25,756 bases of DNA from Armatimonadota bacterium (GCA_043814095.1 JBDRKI010000044.1:1-25756); one strand, 5' to 3'; numbered from the stretch's first letter, positions 16,860-25,685 are shown. The notes: a model not told the origin generated them from the letters alone. Numbers and translations are program-made.

Positions 16860-17708
16860 ATGGATTGTCTTAATATTGAAAAATACAAATATCATAAGAA
16901 CTTATTCGGCATAAAAGAAACTCCCTATATTAAACTTTTTGAAGAATTTATTTGCAGTTCAAACGATTTTTTTATAGAATGTTCGTTAAAAATAAATAAA
17001 AACAAGGTGCATCCCTTGCGCATAAATGTTTATTATTGGAACAAAAACGATGTAAAGGAAAATTTTGATAAAATATTGCGATTTTTTGAAAAAATGGGGA
17101 AACTCCCGGATGTTTCCATAAATTCCGGGTTTTACGATAAAATTATTGATAAGGATATGAATTTTAATAAAGTGCTGGGCGTTGCCGTCGGGATAGATTT
17201 TAGACAGGATAGTGCTTTATCGAGAGTAAAATTATGGACAGGCTTTAAGGATTACCCGGAAAAAGAACAACAGGTTTTATCGCTTCACGGATTTAATAAA
17301 GACATAAAAAATATTTTGACTTTGTTTGATTCGGATATGTTTTCTTTCGGCTTTGACTTTTATTTTAACGGCAAAAGCAGAATAAAAATTTATCCGCATA
17401 TACAGGAAAGTCTTAAAAGCATGGCTCTCCGCGAGCGCCTGCGCGCGTATTTTCATGAAAGCGTATATGATTTATTGGATAATTCCTGCAGGATTCATCT
17501 GTCTTTTGACGGCGCCGACTATAAAAAGATAATTCATTTTTTCCCACATCCTTATTCTTATACTGATTTTATAAGAAAGCTGAATTTTAAACAACTGGAA
17601 AAACTGCACGAACAAATTTATAAAAAATACAATAAATACAGAATAATAGCGGTGGCGGAAGATGAAATTATCAGCGGAAAAATCACAAATGCAGGTTTAT
17701 ATTATTAA
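16860..17708 (+). CDS. LynF/TruF/PatF-family (cyanobactin-type ABBA) peptide prenyltransferase
   Basis: HKNLFGI...FEEF, IECSLKI...HPLRIN, FFEKM...MNFNKV..VAVGIDFR...SRVKLW...DYPEK, FGFDFYFNGKSRIKIYP and a terminal ...LYY follow the motif order I recall for this family. The start is either 16785 or 16860. Confidence 0.8.
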   Translation: MDCLNIEKYKYHKNLFGIKETPYIKLFEEFICSSNDFFIECSLKINKNKVHPLRINVYYWNKNDVKENFDKILRFFEKMGKLPDVSINSGFYDKIIDKDMNFNKVLGVAVGIDFRQDSALSRVKLWTGFKDYPEKEQQVLSLHGFNKDIKNILTLFDSDMFSFGFDFYFNGKSRIKIYPHIQESLKSMALRERLRAYFHESVYDLLDNSCRIHLSFDGADYKKIIHFFPHPYSYTDFIRKLNFKQLEKLHEQIYKKYNKYRIIAVAEDEIISGKITNAGLYY

Positions 17709-17785
17709 ATAATAGAAATATTGATAAAATAAAAGTTTAAGATATTTAAGGAAACAGTCTGTTTATTGAAAGAGGAGGGCCTAAA

Positions 17786-19801
17786 ATGAGCAATAATATC
17801 CATCTTCCGGAAAATGCCTTCAGGCCATTAAAAGAAGGCGAAAAATACGTTCCCATAGTCCATAAGGAAAAAGGCGTGCTTGAGGTTACGGTTTATTCCG
17901 TAATAATGGGCTTTTTTATGGGGCTTATATTTTCCTGTGCCGCGGCATATATTGCATTAAAGCTGGGCCAGGGAATAGAAACGGCTATCCCCATAGCCAT
18001 TCTGGCGGTAGGAGGGTCGGCGATTTTAGCCAAGAAAAACGCCTTGCTTGAGAATGTGAATGTTCTGGCAATAGGCGCGACTTCCGGTATTATCGTCGGG
18101 GGGTCAGTCTTTACAATGCCCGCAATCTATATTCTGGGCATAGAGGGCTTATCCGGATTTTTCCAGATATTTATTGTTCCTTTCTTCGGCGCAGTGCTGG
18201 GGGTCTTGTTTCTTATCCCGTTCAGGCGCTATTTTGTATCTGAACAGCACGGGCACCTTCCCTTTCCGGAAGCAACCGCTACGACTGAGGTGCTTGTAAC
18301 CGGCGAGAGGGGCGGGGATAACGCCAAGGTTCTGACAGGTGCCATAATTCTGGGCGGCGTATTTGATTTTCTTGCTGTTTCAATGCAGGCCTGGGCAGAA
18401 AATTTTACAACCTCCGCGATTAAGGGATTGTCTCTTTTTACGGATAAACTGAAGATGGTATTTTCATTAAATACTTCCGCCGCGATAGCGGGTCTCGGTT
18501 ACCTTATAGGAGTGCGCTATGCGATGATAATATTTACCGGCTCTATGATGTCCTGCTTCGTGATCGTGCCTTTATTTGCGTATCTCGGTAACTTTATCAA
18601 TGTTCCTATTATACCCGCAAAAGTGCTTATATCCACTATGAGCGCTGATGACATTTATTATAATTATGCCAGATATATAGGCATAGGCGGGATATTTGCA
18701 GCCGGGGTTATATCTATTTTAAAAATGTCAAAAGTTATCGTTAATGCTATAAAACAGGTTATAAGCGAGATGTTTAAGTCCAAGCACAAAAAAGAAGAAG
18801 GCGGTGAAAAATCACGCCTTGATACCGATATAAATATGTCGGTTGTTTTCGGATTAATGGCGGTAATGTTTGTCGTAATTTTCCTTTATTTTAAATTTGC
18901 GGTGCTTAAAGAATATCCGAACGGGACAATGCTTGCGTTTATCGCGGTTCTTGTCACGTTTGTTATAGGGTTCCTGTTTACTTCGGTATCTGCCTGGGCA
19001 ATAGCCATGATAAGCGTAACCCCCATATCCGGCATGACGCTCATGACCCTCATAGTTACAGCCATTATTTTCTCACAGATGGGCTTAAAGGGGCCTCACG
19101 GGATGCTGGCGACGCTTTTAATAGGCGGTGTTGTCTGTACGGCGCTTTCCATGGCGGGCACGCTTGTTACGGAGTTTAAAATAGGGTACTGGCTGGGTTC
19201 TACTCCCCGCATAATACAGTGGAGCAATATTATAGGGGCGGTTTTCGCGTCAGTTGCGGTTACTATCGTTATTATGCTTCTTGCGAAGGTTTACGGTTTC
19301 TGTCCGAGTCCGGATCATCTCAACCCCCTGCCTGCTCCCCAGCCTAATGCCATGGCCGCTGTTATAAGTTCGCTTATGTCCGAAGGGGGAGCTCCCTGGT
19401 TTTTATACGGGTTAGGCGCCGTATTTGCGGTAATTGTCGAGTTTCTCGGCATATCAGGGCTTGCCTTCGCGCTGGGTATGTATATCCCCATGGAGCTTAA
19501 CTCACCTATCTTAGTCGGCGCGCTGGTTGCCTGGCTTGTCAACCATTCCACAAAAGATAAAAATCTTGCCAAAGCAAGGCATGACAGAGGGATACTTATT
19601 GCATCGGGTCTTATTGCAGGAGGAGCTTTGATAGGGGTTATAAGCGCTGTTATAAAGTTCTTTGAGGATAAGTACAGCATAACCATCGTTAAGAGTTTAA
19701 ATAATACGGGCAGTTTCGGCAATATACTGGGCATAGTGCTCTTTTTAGCCCTTTGCGCGTATATATACTGGGATTCAAGAAGAGCTAAATCAGAAAAGTA
19801 A
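17786..19801 (+). CDS. Oligopeptide transporter, OPT family
   Basis: AYIALKLGQGIETAIPIAIL, LENVNV, LIPFRRYFV...LPFPEATATTEVL, TPISGMTLMTL, EFKIGYWLGSTP, LPAPQPNAMA. Many TM helices and a GAGGAGG RBS. Confidence 0.92.
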   Translation: MSNNIHLPENAFRPLKEGEKYVPIVHKEKGVLEVTVYSVIMGFFMGLIFSCAAAYIALKLGQGIETAIPIAILAVGGSAILAKKNALLENVNVLAIGATSGIIVGGSVFTMPAIYILGIEGLSGFFQIFIVPFFGAVLGVLFLIPFRRYFVSEQHGHLPFPEATATTEVLVTGERGGDNAKVLTGAIILGGVFDFLAVSMQAWAENFTTSAIKGLSLFTDKLKMVFSLNTSAAIAGLGYLIGVRYAMIIFTGSMMSCFVIVPLFAYLGNFINVPIIPAKVLISTMSADDIYYNYARYIGIGGIFAAGVISILKMSKVIVNAIKQVISEMFKSKHKKEEGGEKSRLDTDINMSVVFGLMAVMFVVIFLYFKFAVLKEYPNGTMLAFIAVLVTFVIGFLFTSVSAWAIAMISVTPISGMTLMTLIVTAIIFSQMGLKGPHGMLATLLIGGVVCTALSMAGTLVTEFKIGYWLGSTPRIIQWSNIIGAVFASVAVTIVIMLLAKVYGFCPSPDHLNPLPAPQPNAMAAVISSLMSEGGAPWFLYGLGAVFAVIVEFLGISGLAFALGMYIPMELNSPILVGALVAWLVNHSTKDKNLAKARHDRGILIASGLIAGGALIGVISAVIKFFEDKYSITIVKSLNNTGSFGNILGIVLFLALCAYIYWDSRRAKSEK

Positions 19802-19816
19802 AAAGAGAGGTTAATT

Positions 19817-20701
19817 ATGTTTAAGAAAATATTAATACCTACGGATTTTTCAGAACCGTCAGTTAAGATTATTGAAAGGATACCACAGTTTAAAGCCATG
19901 GGGACAGAAGAAGTTATTATTTTCTTTGCTTTAAGGACTCTTGACGCTTTCATGGGGGAGACTTATATAGAATTCAGCTATATTGAAGATGTTGAGAATT
20001 ACGCTAAAAAAGAAATGGCAAAGATGAAGGAATACCTTGAGAATCACGGGTTGAAAGCAAAGATACTGATTGAATTCGGAAATCCTTCCATCTTGATTCT
20101 TGACGCGGCAAGAAACGAAGACGTCAACCTTATAATCATGTCGTCGCACGGGCACGGAGCGGGGCGTGATTTTCACCTGGGAAGCGTTGCCCATTCGGTC
20201 CTTCATCACGCGCAGCGCCCCGTTTTAATTGAAAAAGTTAAATGGGAAAAAGATAAAAACGGCAAAGATGTAGCCAGATATATTTCAAAACAGGCTTACT
20301 CAAAAGTACTGTTACCGACCGATTTTTCCGAGCGTGCAGAGTATGCTCTTTCCGCACTTAAGTCTTTTGTGAAGATGGGAGCCAAAGAAGTTGCGCTTCT
20401 TCACGTACAGGATGTGGGAAAACTGGTTCCCCATCTTGAGTATAAGATATTTGAGTTTGACTCAATAGACAATGAAAGACTTAACAAGGTAAAAACGGAA
20501 CTTGACCCCTTAGGGCTTAAAGTTAAAACCATTGTAGATCACGGAGTTCCCGCTGATGAGATAATTAAAAAAGCAGAGGAAGTAAAAGCTAATCTTATTA
20601 TAATGGGTGCTTACGGCAGAAATCCTTTTGCCGAGTTTTTCTTGGGTTCAGTAAGTGAACGCGTTGTCCAGAAAAGCTCTAAAGATGTTCTGGTAATATA
20701 A
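19817..20701 (+). CDS. Universal stress protein, two UspA domains
   Basis: KKILIPTDFS...LIIMSSHG...LGSVAHSVL, followed by KVLLPTDFS...LIIMGAYG...LGSVSERVVQKS. Confidence 0.92.
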   Translation: MFKKILIPTDFSEPSVKIIERIPQFKAMGTEEVIIFFALRTLDAFMGETYIEFSYIEDVENYAKKEMAKMKEYLENHGLKAKILIEFGNPSILILDAARNEDVNLIIMSSHGHGAGRDFHLGSVAHSVLHHAQRPVLIEKVKWEKDKNGKDVARYISKQAYSKVLLPTDFSERAEYALSALKSFVKMGAKEVALLHVQDVGKLVPHLEYKIFEFDSIDNERLNKVKTELDPLGLKVKTIVDHGVPADEIIKKAEEVKANLIIMGAYGRNPFAEFFLGSVSERVVQKSSKDVLVI

Positions 20702-20809
20702 AGGGCCTAAAAATACAACAGAAAATTTGTTCGACTTAGATTTTTATTTGAGGAAAAAATATATTTTTTATAACCGGAATCCCTTGATGCATATATTTTT
20801 CCTATTCAA

Positions 20810-20838
20810 TTGACACCATATTACAATAGATTTAAACT
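20810..20838 (+). promoter_or_regulatory. Sigma70-type promoter for the second USP gene
   Basis: TTGACA (20810-20815), 17-nt spacer, TAAACT (20833-20838). Confidence 0.65.
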
Positions 20839-20900
20839 ATAAGTGGAGCCTGTATTTTTTCTCTTCTTTCTTAATCGGCTTCAGAAAGGAGGGGGGTGTT

Positions 20901-21791
20901 ATGATTAGAAAGATCTTGGTACCCACAGACTTTTCTGAGCCTTCAGTAAGAATCGCGAACCGTGTGCATCGCTTTAAAACTCTCGGACTGCAGGAAGTTG
21001 TTCTATTTCACGCACTGAGAACGATAGACGTTTATACCGGTGAACTTTATATTGAGATGAGCTATGTCGCTGAGTTTGAAGAATACGCCAAAAAAGAACT
21101 TGATAAAATCAGTAAAGAGCTTGAAGGACACGGAATAAAAGCAGAAACAGTAATTGAAACCGGCAACCCCTCTGTTTTGATCTTAGATGTCGCTGAACGG
21201 GAAAAAGCAGACCTTATAATAATGGCCTCTCACGGACAGGGGAAGAGCCGCAATTTTCACATGGGAAGCGTTGCTCATTCAGTACTGCATCACTCGCACG
21301 GCATACATGTCCCGGTTCTTATTAAGAAAGTTGAGTGGGAAAAGACAAACGGTATCGCAAAACCTAAATTTAGAGAAAGTCAGTGCTTTACCAAATCGGT
21401 ATTTCCCACCGATTTCTCAGACCGTTCGGAAGAAGCGCTTTCAGTCTTAAAATCTTTTATCAGTGTAGGTCTAAAAGAAGTTGTGCTGGTGCATGTACAG
21501 GATACCGGTAAGCTTATGCCTCATCTGGAAGACAAAATGGAAGAGTTTGACGCAATTGATCAGGAAAGACTCAACAGGATAAAAGAGAATCTGGAAAAAC
21601 TCGGATTGGAAGTTAAAACGGTCATAGACAGGGGCGTTCCCACTGAAAAAATAGTTGAAGTATCGGCAAGAGAAAATGCCGACATTATTGTAATGGGCGC
21701 TTATGGCAGAAGCCCTGTCGCGGAATTCTTCTTAGGTTCGGTTAGTGAACGCGTTGCTCAGAAAAGCTCCCAGGCCGTACTTGTTGTATAA
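20901..21791 (+). CDS. Universal stress protein, two UspA domains (paralog of the upstream gene)
   Basis: RKILVPTDFSEPSV...LIIMASHG...MGSVAHSVL, followed by FPTDFS...IVMGAYGRSPVAEFFLGSVSERVAQKS. Confidence 0.92.
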   Translation: MIRKILVPTDFSEPSVRIANRVHRFKTLGLQEVVLFHALRTIDVYTGELYIEMSYVAEFEEYAKKELDKISKELEGHGIKAETVIETGNPSVLILDVAEREKADLIIMASHGQGKSRNFHMGSVAHSVLHHSHGIHVPVLIKKVEWEKTNGIAKPKFRESQCFTKSVFPTDFSDRSEEALSVLKSFISVGLKEVVLVHVQDTGKLMPHLEDKMEEFDAIDQERLNRIKENLEKLGLEVKTVIDRGVPTEKIVEVSARENADIIVMGAYGRSPVAEFFLGSVSERVAQKSSQAVLVV

Positions 21792-21816
21792 CCCGGTATG
21801 GCGTGAAGGGAAGTGG

Positions 21817-21859
21817 ACAAAAAGAGACATCCCGCTTTAAGCGGGATGTCTCTTTTTGT
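21817..21859. terminator. Bidirectional intrinsic terminator
   Basis: 19-bp perfect inverted repeat ACAAAAAGAGACATCCCGC-tttaa-GCGGGATGTCTCTTTTTGT between convergent genes. Confidence 0.9.
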
Positions 21860-21881
21860 ACCTATTATATAATTTATGGTT

Positions 21882-23627
21882 TTATTTAATCGGGTTTTGT
21901 TTTACTTCATATACAGGCAGCAGGTCCACCGGAAGATCATTAAGGGAGTTTAAGCTGTTCTGGAGATAACCGGGCAGATAGCAGTAAGCTTTAAGCAGTT
22001 TGTTTGATTCTTCATAATTTCCGGTTGCTTCTATCTCAAGGAGTTTTTTCACGAGCCCGTCTAACGCGGGTTTAAATTTATCAAAGTTTACGCTGTAGTA
22101 TCCCGTGTTTTTATCGTATACAAATCCACCGTGCTGCATCATCCAGTTAAACTGGAGTATTACACCCCTGCCGTGCGCTTCATGTATGCCGAACCTTATG
22201 GAACGGAACATGCCCGCAAGATAATCCACCATAAGGCTTTCCATCTTCTCTTCGGGATAGCGGTCTGTTTTCATAAGGTATAAAAGGTTATAGGCGCCGA
22301 GCGTGTCGGCTTTTGCTTCTTCTATGGCGCTGTAATTGTTCTTCAGGCATTTTGCCACGGTGGTTTCTTTCCCGTCTTTTATTATTATGCCGGGCCCTAT
22401 GCCGTGCGCGAGTTCGTGTGAAAGTATCTGATCAAAGAAGGTCTGGAAGCTTAAATATTTCTGCTGGGAAGGATTAATAAGTTTTTCGCAGATAGGAGTT
22501 AAGATTTTATCAAATTTTCCTTCTATGACGTTTTTAAGCATTACTTTTTTTGAACCTTTGGCTTCCCTTACTCTCTCGTCATTGGGAAGGTTAAAAGCAA
22601 GGGTCTGGACTCCGGCGCGGGTATCCCCCGCGGAGTATATAAGCTGTACTACCTTTATGGGAGATGTGAGCCTTCTTTTGAAGTTTTTATGTTCATCGGC
22701 TATAGGAAGATTCTTTTCCAGCTCGCCAAGGTAAGTTCCGTATTTTTCAAGTTTTTCCGCTTCAACAGGGTCATTTAAAGTAATAAACGCTTCATAAGCT
22801 CCTTTGTAATTAAAGAGCGTGTCTTCATAAACCTCATAAGGCCCTATAACTACTTCAAAGGTACTGTCATTTAAATCCATCCAATCCATATCGCTCTGAA
22901 AGTAATCATTTGACAACAGGGCATCGGCGCGTGAGTTTAAATAACTTTTTAAATCTTTACTGTCTGTCAGCCGGGCGGCTTCTTTTAATGCTTTATGTGC
23001 GGGCTCTAGAAGATCTTTATACTCTTGTGGATAAGGTACGGCTACAAGGCCGTCTCCCTGCCTGCGTATCACGGTAAAGGTATCGGTAAATGTCTTTTTG
23101 TCCCCGGGATGATTGGTGAGCCATGAATCAAATTCTTCTTTTGTCATGTCAACAGGATAGTAATTAGCGCCTTTTGGATGAACGCCTGTTCCGTAAAAGG
23201 TTTCAAATTCCCGGAGCCGGTCAAACGGCCCGTAATTTATTTTAAAGAGCCGGAGGTAGATTTCATCTTCGGGTTTTGTTGAATTTTGAAGATTCTTTAG
23301 TATCTCTTCATTTTTGTAATAGGCCTGGCGCAGGAATATTTGATCTATGTAATCGGCCGCTTCAATTAATTTCTCCAGGACTTTTTCATCCTTGCCTTTT
23401 ACGAGGGATTTATCGTAAGTAAGAAGGGTAGGGGAGAATTTTTTAAGCTGCGCCCGGGCATAGCTTAAATTTGTTATTTCGTCAATCTCAGTTACCGTGG
23501 TTGAGTCAGGCAGTTCAACTATGAGTTCTTTAATTTTTTCAACAGATGCTTCCCGGGTTAGCGCGTAAGTTAAAGAAAGCGCGCAGAAGATAAAAACAAA
23601 AATTAAACACAGAGCAAATTTTCTCAT
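21882..23627 (-). CDS. Exported M49 (dipeptidyl-peptidase III-like) zinc peptidase
   Basis: GANYYPVDMTKEEF, IGPYEVYED.LF.YK, QTLAFNLPNDERV...GSKKVMLKN, HELAHG (HExxH), IEEAKADTLG. Signal peptide present, with a GGAGG RBS before the ATG at 23627. Confidence 0.87.
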   Translation of the reverse strand: MRKFALCLIFVFIFCALSLTYALTREASVEKIKELIVELPDSTTVTEIDEITNLSYARAQLKKFSPTLLTYDKSLVKGKDEKVLEKLIEAADYIDQIFLRQAYYKNEEILKNLQNSTKPEDEIYLRLFKINYGPFDRLREFETFYGTGVHPKGANYYPVDMTKEEFDSWLTNHPGDKKTFTDTFTVIRRQGDGLVAVPYPQEYKDLLEPAHKALKEAARLTDSKDLKSYLNSRADALLSNDYFQSDMDWMDLNDSTFEVVIGPYEVYEDTLFNYKGAYEAFITLNDPVEAEKLEKYGTYLGELEKNLPIADEHKNFKRRLTSPIKVVQLIYSAGDTRAGVQTLAFNLPNDERVREAKGSKKVMLKNVIEGKFDKILTPICEKLINPSQQKYLSFQTFFDQILSHELAHGIGPGIIIKDGKETTVAKCLKNNYSAIEEAKADTLGAYNLLYLMKTDRYPEEKMESLMVDYLAGMFRSIRFGIHEAHGRGVILQFNWMMQHGGFVYDKNTGYYSVNFDKFKPALDGLVKKLLEIEATGNYEESNKLLKAYCYLPGYLQNSLNSLNDLPVDLLPVYEVKQNPIK

Positions 23628-23650
23628 GTTATACCTCCAGAAATTATGTC

Positions 23651-25147
23651 TCAACTTTTTACTTTCTGTTTTTTCGGGGAATGTATCCCTGTTTTTTCGT
23701 TGAATTCGTTGATCAGTTTATCCCAGTCTTTAACCTGGTTGAATATTTTATTCCAGATATCGCGGTCATACCAGAGCTGGTTTAAGTCTGCAACTTCCTT
23801 GCCCTGCTGTTCAACCCAGGTAAAATATTTTAAGTTATGAATCTGTTTTTTGTCGCGGTAATTAAGTTCGCGCATGTTATCGGTTGAGTAGCCCAGCATA
23901 TATCTTTCCCAGTCTACCTGTGCCTGGAATTCGTCATATAGCCCGTACTGTTCGCGCAGTTCCCGCACTCTTGATTTATACATGTCCGCGGAGTCGGTTG
24001 CTATCGTGAATATTATGTCTCGGCCCGTCATTTCATAATATTTTGCCGTTTTAATGGCAGTAAGCAGGTTGCTTATGCCGGATATGCCGAGCAGGGATAG
24101 TTTTTTAATAAATTCGGGAGATAATCCATGAGTTTTTAACATATCATGTCCCGCTTTTTCATTGAATACGCGCAGCAGCCGCATGCAGTGCTCATCATCA
24201 ATTGCGGCAACCATATCGGTGTTTTTAACATTATGGACCCAGGGAACGTGTTTATCGCCTATACCTTCTATCCTGTGTCCCCCGAATCCGTTAAGCAGAA
24301 GAGTAGGGCACTGCAGCGCTTCCGAAGCTACGGTTTTCATGCCCGGGAATACTTTTTTCAGGTAGTCGCCGGCCGCTATTGTACCGGCAGAGCCAGTGGC
24401 GGATATATAGGCGGATAAAGAAGAGTTGCCGGCTTTAACTTCATTATATACTTCTTCTATCGCGCTTCCTGTTACGTGGTAATGCCAGCATGAGTTGCCG
24501 AATTCGTCAAACTGGTTGAATATAACGCAGTCCGGTCTTGTATTTCTGATCTCCCAGCATTTATCGTAGATTTCTTTAACATTTGATTCGCATCCGGGGG
24601 TCGCTATGACTTCGGCTCCGATATCCTTAAGCCATTCAAATCTTTCTTTACTCATCTCTTCCGGGAGTATGGCAACTGCCTGTACGCCCATAAGGTATGA
24701 ATCAAAAGCGCCGCCCCTGCAGTAGTTGCCTGTTGAAGGCCACACGGCTTTATTTTTGGCGGGATCAAACTGACCGGTAACTATTCTCGGCGCGAGGCAT
24801 CCGTATGCCGCGCCCACTTTATGCGCGCCCGTGGGGAAATATTTGCCTACAAGCATTATAATTCTTGCGTCCACGCCCGTTAATTTTTTCGGTATTTCAA
24901 TATAGTTTACTTTTCCGTAAAGCCCGCCTGTCTCGCGGGGTTCGTTTTTCCATGTTATCCTGAACAGGTTTAAAGGATGCAGGTCCCACAACCCTATTTT
25001 TTTAAGCTGGTCTTTCACCGAAGAAGGAATTAGTTCCGGATTTTTCATCTGTTCAAAAGTGGGAAGGATTAAGTTTTTATCTTTAGCTCTTTTTACCGCA
25101 CTCTCAAGCGCTTTTTTGTCGGTTATCTTATTCTCTATTTTTATCAT
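23651..25147 (-). CDS. PLP-dependent enzyme, fold type II (cysteine synthase/threonine synthase-like)
   Basis: FPTGAHKVGAAY (PLP Lys), WPSTGNYCRGG, SATGSAGTIAAGD Gly-rich phosphate loop, HRIEGIGDKHVP. AAGGAG RBS before the ATG at 25147. Confidence 0.85.
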   Translation of the reverse strand: MIKIENKITDKKALESAVKRAKDKNLILPTFEQMKNPELIPSSVKDQLKKIGLWDLHPLNLFRITWKNEPRETGGLYGKVNYIEIPKKLTGVDARIIMLVGKYFPTGAHKVGAAYGCLAPRIVTGQFDPAKNKAVWPSTGNYCRGGAFDSYLMGVQAVAILPEEMSKERFEWLKDIGAEVIATPGCESNVKEIYDKCWEIRNTRPDCVIFNQFDEFGNSCWHYHVTGSAIEEVYNEVKAGNSSLSAYISATGSAGTIAAGDYLKKVFPGMKTVASEALQCPTLLLNGFGGHRIEGIGDKHVPWVHNVKNTDMVAAIDDEHCMRLLRVFNEKAGHDMLKTHGLSPEFIKKLSLLGISGISNLLTAIKTAKYYEMTGRDIIFTIATDSADMYKSRVRELREQYGLYDEFQAQVDWERYMLGYSTDNMRELNYRDKKQIHNLKYFTWVEQQGKEVADLNQLWYDRDIWNKIFNQVKDWDKLINEFNEKTGIHSPKKQKVKS

Positions 25148-25329
25148 GCCAATCTCCTTTATTATATTAATTAATAACAATTCTAATATTTTTTCTAATA
25201 TTTGTCAAAATAAATATTATAAATGTTAACAAATTATCATAAACAGCTATAATAGCAAAATTGTAAGGAATCTTTGTATTTCAGGGAGATTATTTATGAG
25301 CAGTAAAAGCAAATAAAAGAGGGGGTATT

Positions 25330-25608
25330 ATGGCTGGTATAAAAGGAACAGAGGCAAACAATATTACGGCAAGCAGGACCGGAACAGCTAAAGATGCGGA
25401 CGTGATAAATAAAAAGAAATGGGAAGCAAAGCAGAAAGAAAAAGGCAGTGCTTTAGAAAAATTTTTAAAAATTCTTGAGGAAGTATTTAAAAAGAACAAC
25501 GGTAAAAGCAGGGTTGAGATATCTGATGAAATTGAAAAGGCAGTAAAAGATTTAGACCTGTTAGAAATTAAAGACAAAATAATGGATCGAATTAAAACAC
25601 AACTTTAA
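25330..25608 (+). CDS. Hypothetical charged helical protein (92 aa)
   Basis: GAGGGGG RBS, open frame, followed by a terminator-like hairpin. No recognisable family. Confidence 0.6.
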   Translation: MAGIKGTEANNITASRTGTAKDADVINKKKWEAKQKEKGSALEKFLKILEEVFKKNNGKSRVEISDEIEKAVKDLDLLEIKDKIMDRIKTQL

Positions 25609-25635
25609 AAAATATGACATTGACAAAATAAATAA

Positions 25636-25673
25636 AAAAGGGGTTGTCCTTGGAAAAAAGAACAACCCCTTTT
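25636..25673. terminator. Intrinsic terminator, probably bidirectional
   Basis: 12-bp inverted repeat AAAAGGGGTTGT ... ACAACCCCTTTT. Confidence 0.7.
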
Positions 25674-25685
25674 ATCTTCTCTCAT

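Noticed and set aside
4343-17708. Prophage, integrative element or transposon origin of the cluster
   Set aside because: No integrase, transposase, phage structural gene, tRNA or att-like direct repeat was seen.
19315-19953. 212-aa minus-strand ORF, and similar shadow ORFs at 1425-1883, 10528-11043, 11557-11940, 7335-7601 and 25290-25577
   Set aside because: They are antisense to well-supported genes and have no recognisable motifs.
25190-25260. Rex/Fur-like operator in the AT-rich divergent intergenic region (TGTTAACA palindrome)
   Set aside because: Too short and degenerate to distinguish from chance in such AT-rich DNA.
25330-25608. FlgM-like anti-sigma factor, suggested by size and RVEIS
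   Set aside because: Only a 4-5 residue resemblance, with no flagellar context and no clear sigma28 promoter.
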